Below, in pieces: positions 55,601-64,000 of a stretch of 64,000 nucleotides of DNA. Position numbers and translations under genes: made by a program. The DNA is from a phage. The notes under the pieces are model-generated. The model was not told the DNA's origin, searched no databases, and saw nothing but the letters and a program-made list of their open reading frames with translations. The stretch lies in the NCBI GenBank assembly GCA_036611895.1, contig GCA_036611895.1_4766.1; one strand, given 5' to 3'. Each line of letters opens with the position of its first letter. Positions within the stretch are counted from its first letter, which is position 1.

Positions 55601-58600
55601 TACTTTGCTTACAACGGTAAAGACTTTATTGCTATTGGCAAAGATATAGAAGGCACTCGTGCTGTTCCTGTTACTGGTGGTAAGACTATTGTTATTCCAG
55701 GAGAAACTACTGTTACAGGTAAAAGTGACGTACTGACTTCCTTTAAGTATGGGGAAACAAATGTACCTTACGTTATGACTCCAGAAGGTCGAATCTTTAG
55801 TCTACGTAGTACTCGTGAGGTATGGGCTACCCCATCTCAGGCTCGTACAGATTTCCTTAACTATGTTCGGAATACATTCCCTCAACCGGAATCTGCTCCG
55901 GTTAATGTAGAGGAAACAAAGTCTGAATCCGAAAAGCCAAATGATACTACCCTTACTAATGAGGATACCATCGAGCAGTCTACTGAATCTGAAAGGGATG
56001 CTTATGTAAAAGAGAATACTATTTCTCAAGAAACTCTTAATAAGTATGGTGACCGTAGGGAGAGTCCATGGCTCTTTGCTGATGGTACTGTTGTTGGTTC
56101 CAATGGTGACCATATCAGTCTGTCCGATGTATTTGGTCATGATGGGTATCGTGACATGTCTCTGGATACTGGTGCTGTGCGTTCTACCTTCTACAAGGCC
56201 AAGTCTGGCCATCCTGAGGATGTGGACTTCGTGTCGCTGCAGCTGTTTGATAATCAGAAGCTGACTGCTGAACAATTCAATACCGTTCAATCTTTCGTTG
56301 AAGCCAATAATGCACATATTCTGGTTGGTGTAGATACATCTGGGCTTAATACCAATAACGTTGAGGAAGATGAAGTATCACTGGCTCAACTGAAAGCAGA
56401 CCATACCGTGGGCGGTGAACCTCTATCTCAAATGGAAACAGTGTTCCCTGTCTATAACAACGAAAAGACACCGAACCAGTTCCTTAAAGCATTTTCTCTA
56501 CCAGAAGAACCTAAGTCTCGTACCATTGGTTCTGAATCTCCTTTAACTGATGTTAAGAAAGCACTGTCTTCTGCTGCTCGTTTTGAAGCATTCACTCAAA
56601 AAGAAAATAACGCTCTCACAAGTGATGTGATTAAGCGTTATCAGGACTTGTTTGATTTTGGTGAAACTCTGAAGACTACTCTGTCTGACCGTCTGGCTAA
56701 GTTCCTTGCTAATAAGAATGTTGGTAAACGTTTTGCAGAGGGTACTGAGGCTAACCGTTGGGTAGGTGGCAAACTGCTTAATATCGTAGAGAAAGACGGT
56801 GACACCTTTAAGTTCAATGACCAGTTGTTGGAGACTGCTGTACTTGCTGGTCTGCAATGGCGACTGACTGCTACACAGAATGCTGCCATTAAAGACATGA
56901 AAGACGTAGCTGCTATTACTGGTGTAGAAGCATCTCTGCTACCAGAAGGCATTTTGGCTGACTTCGAAAATGCTCAGACATTGGTTGAAGCTACTAACTC
57001 ACTGGCTCAAAAGATTGAATCCTATTGGGGTTTAAATCGTAATCCTAATGCACCACTGGGTTATACCAAGGGTATCCCAATGGCAATGGCTACAGAGATT
57101 CTGTCTTCTCTCATTGAAATGGGTGAAGTTAAAGAGTCCATGCTGGATGTATCTGAGATTGACCCAGAATCTAACAAGACTGTTGGTCTGTATACCATTG
57201 AGAAGTTAGACGATAACGATGCCATTAATAAATTCCCTACTGCTATTGAAGAAGCTGTTCTCGTAGAACCAGTAGAGAAACTGTACCTGGGTGATGATAT
57301 TCCTTCCGTGGCTCAAACTCAGTTACGTAATCCGGCTGTTAAGAATACCCCAGAACAGAAAGCTGCTCTTAAAGCAGAACAGGCTACTGAGTTTCGTGTA
57401 CATATGCCGATGGTTAACTTCTATGAAGCAATGGGTCGTGACAACATTCTGGAATTGATGGGTGCTGGTGCTCTTAATCCTGAGCTACTGAATGTGAATA
57501 CTGCTAAATCTCTGGAAGGTAAAAACCTGTCCGTGTCCATGGCATATGATTCCTTGTTTGGTGTAATCAATCAGATTAAGGAACAGGAGAATGGGCTGGA
57601 TACACCTATTCACTATGGTTACAACATGACCCGTGTAGGTCGTATGCAGATGCTTGGTAAGAACAATCCACAGTCCAGTAAGCTGGTACGTGAAGCAATT
57701 CTACCAACCTTCTCTACCATCGACTTGAGTAATGAAAACAGCCAAACGTTCTCTGACTTCCAGTTAGGTCTGGCTCAGGCATTGGGCATCAAAGTTCATA
57801 AAATGTCTCGCGAAGTTATGTCAGATGAACTGACTAAAGCTCTGGAAGGTAAACTGAAACCTGCCGTCGATATGATGGTTGAGTTTGATAAGTCTGGGCA
57901 CTTACCTACTAATGCAGTGGATATTCTGAAGACTTCCTTGGGGAATGATAAATCATTCGTAGCTCTTATGGCTCTTATGGAATATGCCCGTTACCTGAAT
58001 AGTGATGACCGTGCTAACTTTAATACCCCACTGTACGTTGAAGCTGATGGTGTAACCAACGGACCAATCAACGCAATGGTACTGATGACGGGTGGTAAGT
58101 TCACTTCAGACTGGATTAAGAATACTGCTAAGGGTGGTTTGTTCTTCGGTAAAGCTGGTAAGACCATGAATGAGCATCATTCGCATGAGGACAGCGTTGA
58201 CCTGTATGAAGCATCCACTAATAGTCTGCAACAGGCACTGAATGAATTGCGTAATACTTATCGTAACAACGTTCCTGTTACGAACCAGATGAAGCATCTT
58301 CAGAAGTTAATGGACCTGTTCATTAAAGACTTCAATCTTAATGAAGATGGTACTCTGGACCTGAAACGTGGTATCGCTAAAAACCCACTGACTATTACCA
58401 TCTATGGTTCTGGTGCTCGTGGTATTGCAGGCAAGATGGTTAGTGCAATTACTGATACCATCTACGAACGCTTCAGCGACGTTCTGCAAGCCCGTGCTGC
58501 TGACCCTAGCATTTCTCCAGCTATGGCTATGTTTGGTAAAGAGGCTGCATCTGAAGCTGATGCTCAGGCTATGCTGGATACCTTCCTTACTTCTATGGAA

Positions 58601-61600
58601 GCATTAACTGGTAATGTTCCAGTTATGCGTAAAGGTGAACTGTCTATTCAACAAGTAGAGGGTGCTCTGTCTGGTAAGTTAGACCCCCAGAAGTTTACCG
58701 TATCTGGCAATGCTCTGAAGAACCTGCAAGAGAATATGCTTCACCTGTTCGTTGAACCAATGCGTACTGGTATCCGAAATACTGTTGGTGAAGGGTTGAT
58801 GCACTCTACTGAGAACTTACAGAAGGCTACCCAGATTCAATCACTGGTATTGCAGGATATGTTCCAACAAGCTGTACAGGCTAAGCTGGCAGAAAAAGAA
58901 AAAGACCCAACATGGAAGAAAGGTGATTTCTTAACACAGAAAGAACTGAATGAAATCCAGAATAGCTTAGCTCCGCTGGCTCCAATGATTGAGACTGGTT
59001 CTCAAACATTCTACATTGCTGGTAGTGAGAATACTGATGTTGCTAACCAAGTACTGGCTACCAACTTAGATGACCGTATGCGTGTGCCAATGAGCATCTA
59101 TGCTCCTTCACAGGCAGGTGTTGCAGGTATTCCATTTATGACCATCGGTACTGGTGATGGCATGATGATGCAGACTCTTTCTACTATGAAAGGTGCTCCG
59201 AAGAATACCCTGAAAATCTTTGATGGTATGAACATTGGCATTAATGACATCTCTTATGCAAGCCGTAAAGCTAATGAGGCTGTATATACTTCCTGGCAGG
59301 GTAATCCTATTAAGAATGTATATGACTCCTTTGCTAAGTTCATGAAGAACGTAGACTTCAGCAAACTGTCTGATGAAACCAAACAGGCTATCGCTAAGTC
59401 TGCTCTGGAGTATGACCAACGTGAAGGTGCTACTGATGACCTGTTACGCGTTGGTGCTGAACAGATTGAACGTAATCTGCGTAACATTGCTTTGGGTGTA
59501 GATATTCGTCACAAGGTAATGGACCAGGTACAGGTCACTGTTGACCAGATGGCTGCTGTAGGTGCTCCTTATGTGAACAACGGTAAAATCTCTCTGGAAG
59601 GTTTAACTGTAGACCAGCAAGTAGCTAAGCTGAATGAACTGTTTGATGCTGAATTAAATAAGCGTCGTGATGCAGTACGTGCTGCTAAAGCAGAGTCAAC
59701 GAAGGTAGAACCAGTGAAAGAAGTGCCAGTGGTTGAAGTGCCTGCTATGGAGAAGGTTGGTCGTGTACTGAAGTCTGGTGTACGCCTGCTGTCTAATACT
59801 GCCATTACTAAGCTGGCTAAAGAGATGTCTCCTGAACAACAAGCAGTATTGAAAGAAATACAGAAATCCCTTGCTGCTAAAGACTACAAGGTTGTTTACG
59901 GTACACCTTCTCAACTGGATGCCTACGCTATTGAGAAGAATATTACTCGCCCAGCACCAGAAGATATTGAAGCTGCTGAAGCAGGCAATGCATACGGTTG
60001 GACTAACTTTGAAGATAAGACCATCTACTTAGTTACCCCTTCCTTAGAGACTCTGGTTCATGAATTGGTACATGCTTCTACTTTTGAATCTGTACTGGCT
60101 CACTATGAGGGTACTCCTAACGAAGCAGTCCAGAATATTGAAGACCTGATGAACCAGTTCCGTGCTCTGGATGTTAAGGACGAATCTCCGGCAGTACGTG
60201 AAGCATATGCTGATGCACTCAATACCATTAATGGTCACTTGTCTAACGGCTTTATTGAACCAGCAATGGCTAAAGCTGCTGCACTGAATGAGTACATGGC
60301 CTGGGGTTTAACCAACCGTGAATTGATTGGCAAGCAGAAGAAAACCACTGCACTTAAAACTATGGTTCAGGCTGTATATGAAGCAATCAAACGTCTGGTA
60401 TTCGGACGTAAGAAAGCTCCGGCTAATGCAGATGATATGTTCTCTGGCTTACTGTTTAACTCTGCTGTAGTAATGCGTGGACAAGCTCCTACTGCTGCTG
60501 TAGCCAAAGACACTACCTTGTTCCATAACAAAGCATACGGTGACAATACTCGTCTGGAAGAGCTAGGGAAAACCTTCGATAAGCTGATTACTGACTACAT
60601 TGGTTCAGAACCAGTACAACAAGTAATTCGTAAAGGTAAGTTCTCTGATGCAGTAGTGAATGCAACTAAAGTAACTCGCGATGTTCAGGCTCATGGCTTC
60701 ACCATGAATATGCAGGAACAGCGTCTCTTTACTAACATTGTTGCTGCACTAGCTACCGAGGCTACTATTAACCCAGCTGCCATGGCTCGTGCACAGGAAT
60801 ACTACACGCATGTTACTAAGAACCTGACTGTTGAAGCGTTCATGGCTGACTCTGATAGTACTAACCCTGCTGACCGTTACTATGCACAGCAGAAGTTCGA
60901 TACCATTATGGGTGCTAACAACATTGAGTTTGATGCACAGGGTCGTTCTTCCTTACTGCCTACCTTTGTTGGTCTGGCAATGGTAAGTGAAGAGGTACGT
61001 AAGGTACTGGCTGATATTCCTGTTATGAAAGCAGATAAGAAATCAGGCAATACTGTTGATGCAATGCTGACTAACATCGGTACTGCTGCAATGGCTAGTC
61101 TGAATGCTCGTGTAGCAGGTGATACTAAAGCTACTAACGTACAGGAAGGTATGGATGCACTGGCTCAGACAATCATGCAGACCAGCCTTAATGCAGAGTC
61201 TTTCTATGATTCCGTTGCTACTCCTACCGGTAATGCTATTGACCGTGCTAACCAGTATCTGGTGGATTCTATTGATGCACTGTCTACTCGTACTTTGGAA
61301 GGTGCTCGTGAAGTTGCAGCTAATACCAAGAACCCACTGGTTAAAGGTGCTGCTCATGCTGCACAACTGATAGCTGCTATTGCTACAGAGAAGAATGGTT
61401 CAATCGTAGCTGAAGGTGTTATGGCTGCAATGAACCAGGGTAAAGTATGGCAACCTTTTCATGACCTGGTTAATGACATAATCGGTCGTACTAAGAGCAA
61501 TGCTTCCGTATATGATTTGATTAAAGCAGTACGTGCACAGGTACAAGCAGACCGTCAACAGTTCCGTGAACATTTGCCTACCACTATCGCATCTAAGTTC

Positions 61601-63862
61601 AGCCGTAAGCTGACTAATGATGAGTGGAAAGTAATGCATATCGGTATGGGTAAAACTGACTTAGCTGTTCTGCGTGACACTATGTCTCTGGCTGAAATTC
61701 GTGACCTGCTAACTGACCAAAAAATTGTTGACCGTGAGGTTAATAAACTGGAAGCAGATTTGCAAAAACAAGCAGGACGTAACTGGCCTCTAATTAGCCG
61801 TAAATCTAAGCAACTGGCTCAGTACATGATTAATGGTACAGTCGGGAATAACCTGCTGCGTAATGCTACTGCAATTTCTCGTTTACTGGGTGAACGTAAG
61901 ACTACGCGTTCTGTTGTAGATGTAGCTCAGCTGGATAAGCTGATTACTCTGTATGCACTGGAAGCAATGAATAAGACTGACCGTGAGATGTTATCTTCGC
62001 TGGCTCAGACAGAAATTGAAGGCATGGATTTTGCTACTTCTTACCTAGTTGGTCAGCGTAAGGATGAAATGGCTAAAGCTAAGTCTGATTCTCGTGCAAC
62101 CCTGAACCAGTACAAAGGGTATATTCCTGGTGAAACTAAACAGGGTGTTAACCTGATTGTTGCTGAAGATAATCAGTTTGCTGATTTGATTGAGAAGTCT
62201 TATGTACGACTGGGTACATATCAGGGTAGCTCTGCTAATCGAGGTCCAGCACGTAGTTACTACTTTGCACCAGTGCAGGCACAGGCTCCATTCTCACAGG
62301 GTATCCTACAGAACGTTCGCAATACTGCTGGTGGTGTAGACCTTGGCACAGGCTTTACGATGGGAACCATGGTAGCTGGTCGTATTACTGACAAGCCTTC
62401 CGTAGACCGTATCACTAAAGCACTGGCTCGTGGTGAACGTGGTAATGAGCCACTACTGCCTGTATATGATGCCAATGGTAATGTGGTTGCTTACGAGCAA
62501 TCCATTGACCCTAACATGCTGAAGCATATTGAAGGTGAGAATCATCTTGCTCGTGCAATTGGTGTATGGCGTGGTCGTCAGGTAGAAGAAGCTAAGGCCC
62601 AGCGTTTCAACGATATGCTGATTGAGAACCTGCATAGCATGTATGAAAACGACATTAAGATGTCTGCATCTAATAAGTCCCAGTACGTTAACCTTCTTGG
62701 TTCTAAACTGGACCCAGTGACTGCTGATGCTCTTAAGCTGATGAACAGTGAAACACGTCAGAAAGCAGAAAGTCTGTTTGGACCAGGTGAACTGTGGGTA
62801 CGTCGTGACATGCTGAATGATGCTTTAGGCTATCGTGCAGCTTCTGTTGGTGATGCCTGGTCTGGTAATTCTCGTTGGTCCCCAGAAACACTGGATACCT
62901 TCAAGAAAGCTATGCTGGGTGTATTCGGCAACCGTGCCTATAAGTACGTAATGGGTGGTGAGAATCTGGTTCAGAACTTAGTTAAAGAAGCTAAGACTCT
63001 GATTGTAGTTAAGTCAGTAGTTGTACCTGCTGTTAACTTCCTGGCTAACCTTTACCAGATGGTTGCTCGTGGTGTGCCTGTTAAGAACATTGCTAAGAGT
63101 ATTCCACAGAAAACTGCTGAGATTAATCAGTATCTGAAATCTCGTCTGCGTCAGGTAGATGCAGAAGCAGAGTTACGTGCAGCTACTAACCCGAACCAGA
63201 TTCGTAAGTTGAAAGCTGAGATTCAGTCCATCACGGATAGTCATAAGCGTTTGAGTATCTGGCCTCTGTTGGAAGCTGGTGAGTTCTCTTCAATTGCAGA
63301 TGCTGGTATTGGGCGAGATGACATTCTGATTACTGAAGGTAAACTTCACGAATACATGGAAAAGCTGGCTGATAAGTTGCCTAAGTCTGTACGTAACGCA
63401 GGTCGTTATGCACTAATCACTAAGGATACTGCTCTCTTCCAGGGTATCCAGAAGACGGTTGAGTACTCTGACTTTATCGCTAAAGCAATCATCTATGATG
63501 AACTGACTAAGCGTAAAGGTAAGACTCGTGAAGAAGCACTTGGACGCGTAACGGAAGAGTTCATTAACTATGACCGTCTGCCAGGTCGCTTCCGTGGGTA
63601 TATGGAAAGTGTTGGCTTAATGTGGTTCTACAACTTTAAAATTCGTTCTGCAAAAGTTGCAGTATCCATGATTCGTAATAACCCAGTACATGCTGCTATG
63701 GCTATGCTGGCTCCAACTCCAACTATGTTTGGTAATGTTGGTCTGCCTATTCAGGACAATATCTTTAGCATTGCTGCACAAGGCAATCTCGGTTACTCCT
63801 TCGGTTTCGGTCAAGGCTTACGTGCCCATAACCTGAACCCTTGGCTCAACCTTACTAACTAA
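52607..63862 (+). CDS. virion-encapsidated giant RNA polymerase (N4 vRNAP-like), 3751 aa
   Basis: Single ORF. VEADGVTNG (Asp near aa 1813), IAKNPLTITIYGSG (Lys 1925, Tyr 1933) and IFDGMNIG (Asp near aa 2206) reproduce the D-K-Y-D spacing (111, 8, 282) that I recall for N4 mini-vRNAP D559/K670/Y678/D951. Likely true start is second in-frame ATG at about 52625 (AGGAA RBS). Confidence 0.9.
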   Translation: MNRNHAMSTFDRLAGFADSITTAKQVDVSTATSRKQAEQGQSPFQLTPQNAYQLQAGRAGDLGAGAFEPGSIQADFTNASPLEIVNKYGNEQGMDILNARVNAANSVRRDLTKSRTYGEALGDTLSGVGLGVANTLGGIAALGTGLVNDNAGATIASSLDWLNKGVHNLQSDALNARRNVVQNQNVISAQENEKQYKQDIAEGESELVASLSRIGRDAYDSVANTLSNGMAATDGLAEGVGSLFTGGPLIRGVSALGKVMVGGDKAVKGITLAAELGSRPARIAQSAGRVAAPAIAIGGMEAGGAYQQTANEIMEMPFSELAAKSPVYQQHIKDGLSTEEARRQTASETGITAAGLTAPVAALTAPLVSKFELNPLKVGSLAGAGSNMLRETVEEGIQSGTSQFAQNKAIQGNVDASRDILKGVGEQTGLGALYGFGSAGVAQAPGATVKAAGAAVGPAVRTTLAGASLAGKALAKVASPITNILVQRGEEVAKRNEQASPVSDATVNAAAQEATAQAEQAQATVQEAVDAMDISPEEKAAATQYAADLTQVMKFDPVELEQASPVVREAVSGSTNRVEAIQKMADLVNTAEDPNVQMEAAIQMYDNIMSMDSFINRDPGALANLEQGSPAANIVDQFSGLMANVQNTPKVLRAFRAIHSMIQEQAEAGKLKATEEANQAQANNIAMAADMSPEVLDADSVNMVLKHASEGKITLGNRQRAALQSAAALLQGAREFDAKAEELGLRPQDIVSKQIKTDESRSNEGQYSALQHAKRIRSAYNSGNFDLASAYLDDFMKFAQHMQNKVGALNEHLISGNADKNKSVHYQALTPSREWVRSRTGLGVNPYDTKSVKFAQQVGLEAKTVADIANALATAYPELNVSHVKVTPLDSRLDKPAAQVVKEFRQGNLDAAQSQQTNEPVNQVDETPVTKQEPVTPTVQTKPSVSEAVKTEPTIKESKPQAVKEPENQSESSIPAGPEMKTAEFTGKQQASYMQLGQYFAYNGKDFIAIGKDIEGTRAVPVTGGKTIVIPGETTVTGKSDVLTSFKYGETNVPYVMTPEGRIFSLRSTREVWATPSQARTDFLNYVRNTFPQPESAPVNVEETKSESEKPNDTTLTNEDTIEQSTESERDAYVKENTISQETLNKYGDRRESPWLFADGTVVGSNGDHISLSDVFGHDGYRDMSLDTGAVRSTFYKAKSGHPEDVDFVSLQLFDNQKLTAEQFNTVQSFVEANNAHILVGVDTSGLNTNNVEEDEVSLAQLKADHTVGGEPLSQMETVFPVYNNEKTPNQFLKAFSLPEEPKSRTIGSESPLTDVKKALSSAARFEAFTQKENNALTSDVIKRYQDLFDFGETLKTTLSDRLAKFLANKNVGKRFAEGTEANRWVGGKLLNIVEKDGDTFKFNDQLLETAVLAGLQWRLTATQNAAIKDMKDVAAITGVEASLLPEGILADFENAQTLVEATNSLAQKIESYWGLNRNPNAPLGYTKGIPMAMATEILSSLIEMGEVKESMLDVSEIDPESNKTVGLYTIEKLDDNDAINKFPTAIEEAVLVEPVEKLYLGDDIPSVAQTQLRNPAVKNTPEQKAALKAEQATEFRVHMPMVNFYEAMGRDNILELMGAGALNPELLNVNTAKSLEGKNLSVSMAYDSLFGVINQIKEQENGLDTPIHYGYNMTRVGRMQMLGKNNPQSSKLVREAILPTFSTIDLSNENSQTFSDFQLGLAQALGIKVHKMSREVMSDELTKALEGKLKPAVDMMVEFDKSGHLPTNAVDILKTSLGNDKSFVALMALMEYARYLNSDDRANFNTPLYVEADGVTNGPINAMVLMTGGKFTSDWIKNTAKGGLFFGKAGKTMNEHHSHEDSVDLYEASTNSLQQALNELRNTYRNNVPVTNQMKHLQKLMDLFIKDFNLNEDGTLDLKRGIAKNPLTITIYGSGARGIAGKMVSAITDTIYERFSDVLQARAADPSISPAMAMFGKEAASEADAQAMLDTFLTSMEALTGNVPVMRKGELSIQQVEGALSGKLDPQKFTVSGNALKNLQENMLHLFVEPMRTGIRNTVGEGLMHSTENLQKATQIQSLVLQDMFQQAVQAKLAEKEKDPTWKKGDFLTQKELNEIQNSLAPLAPMIETGSQTFYIAGSENTDVANQVLATNLDDRMRVPMSIYAPSQAGVAGIPFMTIGTGDGMMMQTLSTMKGAPKNTLKIFDGMNIGINDISYASRKANEAVYTSWQGNPIKNVYDSFAKFMKNVDFSKLSDETKQAIAKSALEYDQREGATDDLLRVGAEQIERNLRNIALGVDIRHKVMDQVQVTVDQMAAVGAPYVNNGKISLEGLTVDQQVAKLNELFDAELNKRRDAVRAAKAESTKVEPVKEVPVVEVPAMEKVGRVLKSGVRLLSNTAITKLAKEMSPEQQAVLKEIQKSLAAKDYKVVYGTPSQLDAYAIEKNITRPAPEDIEAAEAGNAYGWTNFEDKTIYLVTPSLETLVHELVHASTFESVLAHYEGTPNEAVQNIEDLMNQFRALDVKDESPAVREAYADALNTINGHLSNGFIEPAMAKAAALNEYMAWGLTNRELIGKQKKTTALKTMVQAVYEAIKRLVFGRKKAPANADDMFSGLLFNSAVVMRGQAPTAAVAKDTTLFHNKAYGDNTRLEELGKTFDKLITDYIGSEPVQQVIRKGKFSDAVVNATKVTRDVQAHGFTMNMQEQRLFTNIVAALATEATINPAAMARAQEYYTHVTKNLTVEAFMADSDSTNPADRYYAQQKFDTIMGANNIEFDAQGRSSLLPTFVGLAMVSEEVRKVLADIPVMKADKKSGNTVDAMLTNIGTAAMASLNARVAGDTKATNVQEGMDALAQTIMQTSLNAESFYDSVATPTGNAIDRANQYLVDSIDALSTRTLEGAREVAANTKNPLVKGAAHAAQLIAAIATEKNGSIVAEGVMAAMNQGKVWQPFHDLVNDIIGRTKSNASVYDLIKAVRAQVQADRQQFREHLPTTIASKFSRKLTNDEWKVMHIGMGKTDLAVLRDTMSLAEIRDLLTDQKIVDREVNKLEADLQKQAGRNWPLISRKSKQLAQYMINGTVGNNLLRNATAISRLLGERKTTRSVVDVAQLDKLITLYALEAMNKTDREMLSSLAQTEIEGMDFATSYLVGQRKDEMAKAKSDSRATLNQYKGYIPGETKQGVNLIVAEDNQFADLIEKSYVRLGTYQGSSANRGPARSYYFAPVQAQAPFSQGILQNVRNTAGGVDLGTGFTMGTMVAGRITDKPSVDRITKALARGERGNEPLLPVYDANGNVVAYEQSIDPNMLKHIEGENHLARAIGVWRGRQVEEAKAQRFNDMLIENLHSMYENDIKMSASNKSQYVNLLGSKLDPVTADALKLMNSETRQKAESLFGPGELWVRRDMLNDALGYRAASVGDAWSGNSRWSPETLDTFKKAMLGVFGNRAYKYVMGGENLVQNLVKEAKTLIVVKSVVVPAVNFLANLYQMVARGVPVKNIAKSIPQKTAEINQYLKSRLRQVDAEAELRAATNPNQIRKLKAEIQSITDSHKRLSIWPLLEAGEFSSIADAGIGRDDILITEGKLHEYMEKLADKLPKSVRNAGRYALITKDTALFQGIQKTVEYSDFIAKAIIYDELTKRKGKTREEALGRVTEEFINYDRLPGRFRGYMESVGLMWFYNFKIRSAKVAVSMIRNNPVHAAMAMLAPTPTMFGNVGLPIQDNIFSIAAQGNLGYSFGFGQGLRAHNLNPWLNLTN

Positions 63863-63867
63863 ATGAA

Positions 63868-63900
63868 AAAGCCCCTCATTAGAGGGGCTTGTTTTTTATT
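63868..63900 (+). terminator. strong intrinsic terminator after vRNAP gene
   Basis: agcccctc-atta-gaggggct followed by tgttttttatt. Confidence 0.75.
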
Positions 63901-64000
63901 GGCTTTTTAAGCCTTACTACTTTGTCGGGTAGTTCAGTACCTTTCGGTAAAAACTACCTTACACCTTTGAATCAGATTGTACAACCACCACCATCACAGG

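Noticed and set aside
53744-63814. Numerous 60-140 aa minus-strand ORFs inside the vRNAP gene
   Set aside because: All lie antisense within a single continuous 11.2-kb ORF with conserved polymerase motifs; expected by chance in a gene this long.
1-64000. tRNA genes, CRISPR arrays, integrase or transposase
   Set aside because: No cloverleaf-compatible segments with T-loop-like GTTC in intergenic gaps, no spaced direct-repeat arrays, no tyrosine/serine recombinase or DDE motifs. The HTH protein alone is not evidence of lysogeny.

Overview
This window reads as most of the genome of a virulent N4-like podophage (Schitoviridae-type), in reverse orientation to the usual N4 map. Bases 1-30850 are a densely packed minus-strand early/middle block: a truncated PD-(D/E)XK exonuclease, family A DNA polymerase, Dda-like helicase, rIIB/rIIA-like pair, diverged ThyX-like enzyme, dCTP deaminase, vWA/HExxH protein plus AAA+ ATPase, Ig-like capsid decoration protein, a split T7-like RNA polymerase II, and about 20 small early genes. 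Four hairpin promoters of the N4 virion-RNA-polymerase type (short stem, GGA loop) sit at about 28.15, 27.31, 26.98 and 22.51 kb. Bases 31022-63862 are a plus-strand late block: terminase, two beta-helix tailspikes, a lysis cassette (SAR GH108 endolysin, holin candidates, nested spanins), portal, scaffold, major capsid, internal virion proteins and a 3751-aa virion RNA polymerase whose catalytic residue spacing matches what I recall for N4 mini-vRNAP. The most unusual locus is a tandem array of six diverged paralogous small proteins (28668-30850) sharing a 35-aa core motif, lying upstream of all early promoters with its own terminators and structured spacers. No tRNA, CRISPR array, integrase or obvious transposon was found. 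All family assignments rest on motifs read by eye and on recalled N4 biology, not on database searches. Hand-derived coordinates (hairpins, adjusted starts, micro-ORFs) may be off by 1-2 nt; coordinates taken from the ORF track are exact.
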